From positions 1-55,522 of IMG/VR virus record IMGVR_UViG_3300023184_009494: a stretch of 55,522 nt of DNA. One strand, written 5' to 3'. A model generated the notes under the pieces. That model had not been told where the DNA came from. It saw nothing but the letters and a program-made list of their open reading frames with translations, and ran no database searches. This document shows, piece after piece, positions 49,143-55,522 of this stretch. Position numbers and translations under genes: made by a program. This DNA comes from a virus (taxonomy: Duplodnaviria; Caudoviricetes). Position 1 is the stretch's first letter; every line of letters starts with the position of its first letter.

Positions 49143-49895
49143 ATGGGATATCTTGATAATTCAACAAATAACGTGATACTTGATGCTGTTTTAACTGATT
49201 ATGGGCGTCAACAACTTGCATCTGCAAATAATGCTTTCAGCATCACATATTATGCCTTAGGAGACGATGAAGTTGACTACAAGCTTATTAAAAAATATGG
49301 ACGTGCAGTAGGAAAAGAAAAAATTGAGAAGAATACACCAATTTTTGAAGCTTTTACTAACCCAAGTATTGCTTTAAAATATAGACTAATTGGAAGAGAA
49401 AACGATGGTACGTCAATATCGACCAATTACCTTCCTGTTCTAAAGACAAAATCAACTGTTGTGCTTCAAAAATCTGGTGGCTCTACTTCATCTCCTGTCT
49501 CTTTGGACACTTATTTTGGTAATAGTACTGGAACAGGGGTTCCACCTGAAATAATTCAGCGATCTTATCTAATAAAAGTTCCTGATAGATTTTTTACTAT
49601 TGATAGCCCTAATGGCGGAAAATTGACACAACCAGATGTTGCAAGAACTTCCGTTGATTCAGGCGACCCAAATAGAATAGCAACATATAGATTTACAACA
49701 ACAACCTCTAATACAACGACTATATCGTTTAATGTCACAGCTCAAAGTATTGATAGCACTACTCTTTCTATTTATGGAAAAAGAGTGTCAGGGAATGACA
49801 AATCTAGAACAATATACAGCTATATAACTGTAGTTGGTGAACAACATGGATGCACCATTGACATACCAGTGTCGTATAATGCACTGACAACGTGA
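49143..49895 (+). CDS. Putative tail/baseplate structural protein
   Basis: MGYLDNSTNNVILDAVLTDYGRQQLA...ITYYALGDDEVDY...TPIFEA. T/S-rich beta C-terminus. Confidence 0.6.
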   Translation: MGYLDNSTNNVILDAVLTDYGRQQLASANNAFSITYYALGDDEVDYKLIKKYGRAVGKEKIEKNTPIFEAFTNPSIALKYRLIGRENDGTSISTNYLPVLKTKSTVVLQKSGGSTSSPVSLDTYFGNSTGTGVPPEIIQRSYLIKVPDRFFTIDSPNGGKLTQPDVARTSVDSGDPNRIATYRFTTTTSNTTTISFNVTAQSIDSTTLSIYGKRVSGNDKSRTIYSYITVVGEQHGCTIDIPVSYNALTT

Positions 49896-49915
49896 TAAAA
49901 GGATGATTTTTTGAA

Positions 49916-51169
49916 ATGGCGATATTAAAACAGATAAATGCATCCGATAAAAAGACAACAAGGTCTTTTTTAAATCAACTAATTGACGTTCTTCAAGAAG
50001 ATATTAGTTCTTCTGTTTCTCGTCGAAAATACCAAGTATTTGTTACTGGAGGAATTGGTCCTGGCGTCACTTCTTCTCTATTTCAAACTGTATATGACCA
50101 GGATTTCACCCTTCAGACTGCTAACCCCGTTTTTGATATAACAATAGGTTTAGCTTCACCTGATTCAATTAGAGGTGGAACAACAACAAATACTGCCGGT
50201 GTAGCAAGCAAGTCTTCAACTGGACAAGATACAGGTGGAAAATATCTGTATCCAAGCAGCTCACTAATGATGAGAGAAAAGACTGATATTTACGGACAAT
50301 TTGCGCAGACACTGTTAGGAAATAGAGCAAATATGTTTCAGCTCCCAGTAGATGCAACGTTGTCTACTACTCAAACAACAACACCAGTAGATACTGCGCT
50401 ATTCATTGCATTTAAAAGGCTTTTTTCAAGAGATCAAATTAAACGTGAGACTTTTGCAATGCGCTTCTATCAAACTGCAAGTCTTGTCACTACGGAGACA
50501 CCAGCTAAGCCAAATATTTTTATAACATCAAATTCAGGTTCTGCAATATTTACTGACATTGGAGCAGCAGATTCAAGATATTTTGACATTGGTGGGCAGT
50601 ATGGTTACCTTGTTGATGCTTCTTCAACAACAAAAACTGTTGGTCTCATGTATTATGACTCAGGTATTGCAGTCTTAGACATTGAAAAGATCACATCTAG
50701 TTCTCAGTTTATCTCTGGTACTATATCAGCAATGACTCCTTTAGGAAAAACCGTTTTAGGAGGTCTTGGAACCGAAACATACAATAAGTCAAAAGTTGTT
50801 CCTGATCTTATGGTGTCTGCATCTGTTGATGACATTGTTGATCACTTTAGCTATTCTCGGTTTGGCGACGGCGCTATGACCGCAATAACATTCCAGAACG
50901 TTACAAATATTAATTCTTCTCTAATTTTCTGTAGAGCTCTTCCCGATGACTTTAATTATTCATCTAATCCAACTTATACTGACTCCGACGGTCACTTGAC
51001 AATTTATGATAAAAGCATTTCCGACGAGAATCAAGAGACATTTACTTATGTAACGACAATTGGTCTCTATGATGATTCGGGAGGACTATTGGCTGTAGCA
51101 AAATTGAGTCGACCAGTTGAAAAGAATCCCAGCCGAGATTTAACATTCCGCGTCCGCCTTGATTATTAA
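49916..51169 (+). CDS. Putative tail structural protein
   Basis: VGLMYYDSGIAVL, FNYSSNPTY and YVTTIGLYDDSGGLLAVAKLSRPVEK...FRVRLDY. The C-terminal domain is shared with the next gene. Confidence 0.65.
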   Translation: MAILKQINASDKKTTRSFLNQLIDVLQEDISSSVSRRKYQVFVTGGIGPGVTSSLFQTVYDQDFTLQTANPVFDITIGLASPDSIRGGTTTNTAGVASKSSTGQDTGGKYLYPSSSLMMREKTDIYGQFAQTLLGNRANMFQLPVDATLSTTQTTTPVDTALFIAFKRLFSRDQIKRETFAMRFYQTASLVTTETPAKPNIFITSNSGSAIFTDIGAADSRYFDIGGQYGYLVDASSTTKTVGLMYYDSGIAVLDIEKITSSSQFISGTISAMTPLGKTVLGGLGTETYNKSKVVPDLMVSASVDDIVDHFSYSRFGDGAMTAITFQNVTNINSSLIFCRALPDDFNYSSNPTYTDSDGHLTIYDKSISDENQETFTYVTTIGLYDDSGGLLAVAKLSRPVEKNPSRDLTFRVRLDY

Positions 51170-51219
51170 AAATCTTATAACTTATTTCAATGGCCATCTG
51201 TGCCATATTTAGGTAATCA

Positions 51220-53739
51220 ATGGCTATAATTCCTGTCACACAAGATGATGTAGAGACTTTTACAATAGTAACCACACCTATTAGGCATTATTCTTCAAGC
51301 TCTTATGGGATAACAGGATCAGTAAAAGTCTTTGCCCGGGGATCATCTCTTGAAAAAGAGACTACATCCCCACGCAGGGTCTATGATGATTCAAATCCTG
51401 ACGTTCATACTGATATTAATTTTGATTCTGCATATAGTAAGCTCAGAAATCAAGCAGCTACAAACAGAGATTTCAGGCTTCCTATATTAGGTCAGCTTGA
51501 ATCTTATGTACAGCTAGTAGACAAGGCATCAATTAAGCCTAACAATGTTCTTGAAATAGGAAGATTTACTCCTTCACCTAATCTAACAAAGCATACACTT
51601 TTAAAGAACAACATTAAAGATGTCCTAATTCCTTATTATAGGACATTTTATCCTCATGCAAATTGGGCATATACAAATTATCATTCGATAAATTTTTTTA
51701 CTGACACTGGCGGATTTATACCAACATCTTCAGTGTTGTTATATCCTAATGTTGGAGATGCCGAACTTCCTTCTACCGTTGGTTATGCTTCAGGCTCTTA
51801 CTGCCTAACAGGTGCATTTAGTTTCGATTTTCATATTAATCCAAGATACCAAGTTGACGGAATAGACGCCGGTCACTTTAAAGCCGGAACAATATTTCAT
51901 CTATCTTCCAGTTATGCACTTTCTTTAATTACCGGGTCAAATAAAGATCCAAGAGGGCTTCCTACAGGATATAGGTTACAGCTTCAATTAAGTCATAGCG
52001 CTGATTATCCTCCTTCGTCAGTTATCCCAGGAAATTATCCTAAGGATCTAGTTTTTCTATCTGACGATAATTCATTATCATGGAACAACTGGCATCATGT
52101 TGTTGTTAGATGGGGTACTCAGTCTATAAATGATGGAACTGGATCGTTCGTCGTAGACGGAATAAACAAAGGAGATTTTGTTATTCCTTCAGGAACCATT
52201 AATCCTCAACATGCTGCAAATATATTAAATCCAGACGTCCTCTGTGTAGGAAACTATTATGAAGGACATAATTTCGGTGGTTCAGCTCAAAGCCTATTTT
52301 TTGCTACCAACCCAGCAACACGAGATGGTGTTTACAGTCTTGTTGATGATCCTTCAGAATCACCTGCTCATTATAAATTTAGACACCCTCTTAAAGCTGA
52401 ACTTCATGACATTACAATTCGTAGAAAATTTCTTAAAGATTATGAAATAAATGCTTCTGGGTCAAGAGGAATAGGAAATGAGTCATTAGTAAAAGATGAT
52501 GTTGCATTTTATCTTCCTCCTTTCTTTGTAGAGGAAACTCCAATTAGAAAATTTGTCGGAGATCATGGCGGGATACTACAGACTCCATTCTTTGAAATAG
52601 ATGGAACAACTGACGATCCTTTTAATGTTGCCTTATCTTTTGGAGTAGCTGGTCATTATATTAATCTTGAAAATTTCACTAAAGATTTTTCAACGAATCG
52701 ATTTCCAAGACTAATGGAGCTTTCAGCTTCAACAGTTGATTACACGACAGATGCACAAGAAGCCAATTATTTTCTTTATCAAAGCAAAGGAACTGCTAAG
52801 AGAAACTTAACTGTTCTTCCTTGTGATGACGGAACTTTTGACCCCAATTATGAGCTACTATTTAGCGAAAAACTTCAGAATCATTATGCTGATTCAAATG
52901 GAAATTTTGACATTAGCTACATTAATCTAGATAATTTGGTTACAATTGAAGCTGCAACAGCAGGCGGATTAAGTGCTTACGATCCTGATAGCGATACACA
53001 TAAAGAATTTTCACAAAGCCTAATCGGCCCAACTCCAGAAATACCAGGTTCCCCTCCAGGGCCTGCAGTTCAAAGACATATTGCAAACATTGCTACGGCA
53101 ATTTCAGCATCTGGTGGACAAGATTATAGTTTTGACAGAGGTATTCAGCAAGGAATGCCTCTCACAATATTTCAACGTCTATTGGATCCGTCTTCTAATC
53201 AAGTTACTTTCTTTAATATCAGTAACTTATATTATGGAAGAAAAATTCTTCCTGGTAGCTTTACAATTAAAGACTCTAGTATTTCGGGTTCCCATGGTTC
53301 TGTTTCTATTACCTTAAAAGATGACGGCTTTGGTAACCTTTATAGAGCTGATTCCTTTACAGATCTTGCAACTCAAAATTCTGTAGGAAATATTTTTTAT
53401 GATGAAGGAATTATTCTTGTAAAAAATCCTCATCTTTATTTCTTTGGAAAAGATCAGATAGACATATCCTTTAAAGGAATTAGACCTGTTTATTCAACAA
53501 AATACGAGATTCTTGCAGGACCTGGCATGCTGAACTCTTCTTCAAATGCATCTTATATTGCCAATAAGGATCAGCTAAAAGCATCTCTTGATCCTGGTGA
53601 TGATGGAACTTTTGTCTATATTAGTGGTATAAATTTTCATGACGATAACATGAATGTGATTGCTAGAGCCAAGCTTGCTCAACCAATTATGAAGCGCGAG
53701 AACGATAAAATTTTGTTTAAAGTTTCTTTCGATAGATGA
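51220..53739 (+). CDS. Putative tail structural protein with LamG-like domain
   Basis: LamG-like FSFDFHINP, NNWHHVVVRW, FVVDG and AELHDITI. C-terminal DDGFGNL, VGNIFYDEGII and YISGINFHDDNMNVIARAKLAQPIMK. Confidence 0.65.
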   Translation: MAIIPVTQDDVETFTIVTTPIRHYSSSSYGITGSVKVFARGSSLEKETTSPRRVYDDSNPDVHTDINFDSAYSKLRNQAATNRDFRLPILGQLESYVQLVDKASIKPNNVLEIGRFTPSPNLTKHTLLKNNIKDVLIPYYRTFYPHANWAYTNYHSINFFTDTGGFIPTSSVLLYPNVGDAELPSTVGYASGSYCLTGAFSFDFHINPRYQVDGIDAGHFKAGTIFHLSSSYALSLITGSNKDPRGLPTGYRLQLQLSHSADYPPSSVIPGNYPKDLVFLSDDNSLSWNNWHHVVVRWGTQSINDGTGSFVVDGINKGDFVIPSGTINPQHAANILNPDVLCVGNYYEGHNFGGSAQSLFFATNPATRDGVYSLVDDPSESPAHYKFRHPLKAELHDITIRRKFLKDYEINASGSRGIGNESLVKDDVAFYLPPFFVEETPIRKFVGDHGGILQTPFFEIDGTTDDPFNVALSFGVAGHYINLENFTKDFSTNRFPRLMELSASTVDYTTDAQEANYFLYQSKGTAKRNLTVLPCDDGTFDPNYELLFSEKLQNHYADSNGNFDISYINLDNLVTIEAATAGGLSAYDPDSDTHKEFSQSLIGPTPEIPGSPPGPAVQRHIANIATAISASGGQDYSFDRGIQQGMPLTIFQRLLDPSSNQVTFFNISNLYYGRKILPGSFTIKDSSISGSHGSVSITLKDDGFGNLYRADSFTDLATQNSVGNIFYDEGIILVKNPHLYFFGKDQIDISFKGIRPVYSTKYEILAGPGMLNSSSNASYIANKDQLKASLDPGDDGTFVYISGINFHDDNMNVIARAKLAQPIMKRENDKILFKVSFDR

Positions 53740-53778
53740 TTTTAATATTAGATTTTGTAAAGTGATCTGAAGCCTTAG

Positions 53779-54171
53779 ATGCCACCAAAGAAAAAGAAAC
53801 GCAAGGGCAGATACCATCGCGGTCTGCATATCTCTCCCATGGCAGGAGAATGTAAATATCGTAGCGGATGGGAACAAAAATTCTGCGTATACCTGGATTC
53901 ACATCCCGGCGTTCTTACCTGGTCATATGAGAAGACGGTCATCGAATACATCTCAAATAAACGCACTGGCAAGATCCGCAAATACTATCCAGATTTTCTT
54001 GTCGAATACAGAGATGGTTCAAAGAACGTCATCGAAATCAAACCAAAAAGAAAACTGACACACATCACCGTCATCAAGAAAGCCGAAGCTGCAAGAACAT
54101 GGTGCATGACCCACGATGCCACCTACATTTTACTCACAGAAATAGAACTAAAGGATATGGGTATTCTATAA
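53779..54171 (+). CDS. TnsA-like PD-(D/E)XK endonuclease (T4 gp4 head-completion-like)
   Basis: YRSGWEQKFCVYLD, WSYE, RKYYPDFLVEY and IEIKP. Confidence 0.85.
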   Translation: MPPKKKKRKGRYHRGLHISPMAGECKYRSGWEQKFCVYLDSHPGVLTWSYEKTVIEYISNKRTGKIRKYYPDFLVEYRDGSKNVIEIKPKRKLTHITVIKKAEAARTWCMTHDATYILLTEIELKDMGIL

Positions 54172-54217
54172 ATTGAATATTCTACATAGGTTTACGTGTC
54201 ACTGCATGATTCAATAA

Positions 54218-54793
54218 TTGAATGTGCCTAAAATTGTTATCGGTCTTGATGTCAGCACTTCTTGCACAGGAATATGTCTCATCAATCCTGAAATCAACCC
54301 GGATGATTCAGGTTCACACATACTTCATCTAGATCACATCGAATTTAAAAAATTCAAAACTCTTTGGGAAAAAGCCGACTACACAACACGATATCTTTCC
54401 GACATCAAAACAAAATTTATAGGTGATTATATTTTAGCAGTTGAAGAACCTCTAATGGGTTTTCAAAAAGGAATGTCTTCCGCTGCGACCATCACGACAC
54501 TGATGAGATTCAACGGCATCACCTCATACATCGCTAGAGGAATATTTGGAGTGGATCCTTCATATATCCCAGCTGCATCTGCAAGAAAAATGTGCGGCAT
54601 CAAAATGCAAAGAACTGCAATCGCTGGCATGTCTGGAAAAGAGCAGGTCTTTAAATACATGTCTGAACATGATCTTAAACATGTTGTGTGGCCCAAGAAG
54701 AAGAGTGGTAAGGACGAGGAGTGGAGCAGAGATGCCACCGATGCATATGTGATAGCAAGGGCAACTTGTCTTTTGAAAAGTGAAGATGGCTGA
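54218..54793 (+). CDS. RuvC-like Holliday junction resolvase
   Basis: VIGLDVSTSCTG, AVEEP, SARK and DATDAYVIA (RNase H-fold acidic residues). Confidence 0.82.
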   Translation: MNVPKIVIGLDVSTSCTGICLINPEINPDDSGSHILHLDHIEFKKFKTLWEKADYTTRYLSDIKTKFIGDYILAVEEPLMGFQKGMSSAATITTLMRFNGITSYIARGIFGVDPSYIPAASARKMCGIKMQRTAIAGMSGKEQVFKYMSEHDLKHVVWPKKKSGKDEEWSRDATDAYVIARATCLLKSEDG

Positions 54794-54802
54794 TGGTATG
54801 AT
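54773..54802 (+). promoter_or_regulatory. Candidate sigma70-type promoter for the primase gene
   Basis: TTGAAA at 54773-54778, an 18-nt spacer, and extended -10 TGgTATGAT (54794-54802), 9 nt before the TTG start. Confidence 0.4.
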
Positions 54803-54811
54803 GAAAGTATA

Positions 54812-55522
54812 TTGGTAGCAACAGTCACAGATCGTCTCAGCTTTTATGAATCCGTCTTCGGTCGTGGAAGATTATCGGGTAATGGCATCAATTTTGATGT
54901 CAGGTGCCCAATTTGCGCGCCCAATGACCCAAGCAAGAAAAAACTATCCATCAGGACGACTGATGATGCAAATCACTGCTGGACATGCGGATGGAAATCA
55001 CGAGGTTTGGCTCCGTTACTTCGTAAGTATGGCACTCAGGATCAACTAATAGCTTATCGATTGATGTGCGGCGTTGATCGTCTCGACATGTCTCATGATG
55101 TTGTCGACGTTCAGCCCCTGACATTACCAGCTGATTTTCAACTCATCGCAACTTCCAACGAGTCAGATCCTGATGTCAAGGCAGCACGAAGATATCTCAT
55201 ATCTCGAGGACTTGACGAAAGAGATGAGTGGTATTTTAAATTAGGACTTTCAGCTGAACCGAGATGGTATCGACGCATCATCATGCCATCGTTCGACGCA
55301 TCTGGGAAGCTCAATTACTTCACAGCCCGTGCATTCGACAGAAATAAAAAACCGAAGTACGACAACCCTGATGTCGATAAAAATCCTGTCATATTCAATG
55401 AGCTCAACATCGACTGGTCACGAAGATTGACATTGGTTGAAGGTCCTTTCGACCTCGTCAAATGCCCAGAAAATTCAACTGCACTTTTAGGATCTGATCT
55501 CGACGAGCGGCATGAGATTTTC
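54812..55522 (+). CDS. DNA primase, DnaG-type (partial, runs off window; absent from the ORF track)
   Basis: Hand translation from TTG 54812 shows zinc finger RCPICAP...HCWTCG, YLISRG, RRIIMPSFD..LNYFTAR, PKYDNP and TOPRIM LVEGPFD. The frame is open to the window end. Confidence 0.88.
   Translation, partial: MVATVTDRLSFYESVFGRGRLSGNGINFDVRCPICAPNDPSKKKLSIRTTDDANHCWTCGWKSRGLAPLLRKYGTQDQLIAYRLMCGVDRLDMSHDVVDVQPLTLPADFQLIATSNESDPDVKAARRYLISRGLDERDEWYFKLGLSAEPRWYRRIIMPSFDASGKLNYFTARAFDRNKKPKYDNPDVDKNPVIFNELNIDWSRRLTLVEGPFDLVKCPENSTALLGSDLDERHEIF

Larger units (their letters stand above)
1..55522. mobile_element. Segment of a large tailed bacteriophage genome (jumbo myovirus-like)
   Basis: Baseplate gp6/J-like and gp25-like genes, gp55-like sigma, gp4-like nuclease, RuvC-like resolvase, primase and PhoH. 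Dense overlapping genes and no cellular housekeeping operons. Confidence 0.92.

Noticed and set aside
53779-54171. Tn7-like transposon suggested by the TnsA-like fold
   Set aside because: No TnsB/TnsC or terminal repeats. The 130-aa size and motifs fit the phage gp4-like nuclease.
54172-54215. Inverted repeat attgaat/attcaat between the nuclease and resolvase genes
   Set aside because: Only a 7-bp AT-rich stem with a 30-nt loop, which is expected by chance.
54218-54793. TnpB/Cas12-type RuvC nuclease
   Set aside because: Only 191 aa, no zinc finger or REC region and no ncRNA space. It fits a stand-alone resolvase.
1-55522. Stop-codon reassignment (alternative genetic code), as in some jumbo phages
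   Set aside because: Recognisable genes are full length under the standard code and end in TAA, TAG and TGA. Coding density is already very high.
1-55522. Short track ORFs antisense to or nested in long genes (e.g. 8598-8918, 18044-18433, 22463-22903, 27019-27354, 47574-47924, 54463-54828, 54846-55049)
   Set aside because: Shadow frames of motif-bearing genes, with no recognisable motifs of their own.
1-55522. Host assignment
   Set aside because: Shine-Dalgarno use is mixed and no marker here is specific enough to name a host without database searches.

Overview
AT-rich, gene-dense 55.5-kb segment that is best read as part of a large tailed-phage (jumbo myovirus-like) genome. It uses the standard bacterial code and contains no rRNA, tRNA, CRISPR array or integrase that I can see. 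Genes diverge from a repeat-containing intergenic region at about 31.8 kb. The left arm (minus strand) has baseplate and virion genes (gp6/J-like, gp25-like, a LamG-domain wedge protein, a probable hub/spike) and a T4 gp55-like sigma factor. It also carries a roughly 17.4-kb tightly coupled glycosylation cluster: 9 clear plus 2 putative glycosyltransferase genes, ugd, gmd, a perosamine-synthase-like aminotransferase, an ATP-grasp enzyme, a HAD phosphatase, a methyltransferase and an embedded Cas4-like nuclease. The right arm (mostly plus strand) has a degenerate GroEL-like protein, ClpP, a DinG helicase, an Hc1-like protein, a stand-alone sigma region-4 protein, PIN-PhoH, a second block of virion genes, a gp4/TnsA-like nuclease, a RuvC-like resolvase and a partial DnaG primase. 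The best candidate for an undescribed system is a phage-encoded, membrane-independent glycan pathway next to virion proteins enriched in an (S/T)-G-S motif, which may be a virion O-glycosylation system with its own sequon. The cluster also contains collapsed mini-ORF scars. All product calls come from motif recognition by eye; no database searches were run.
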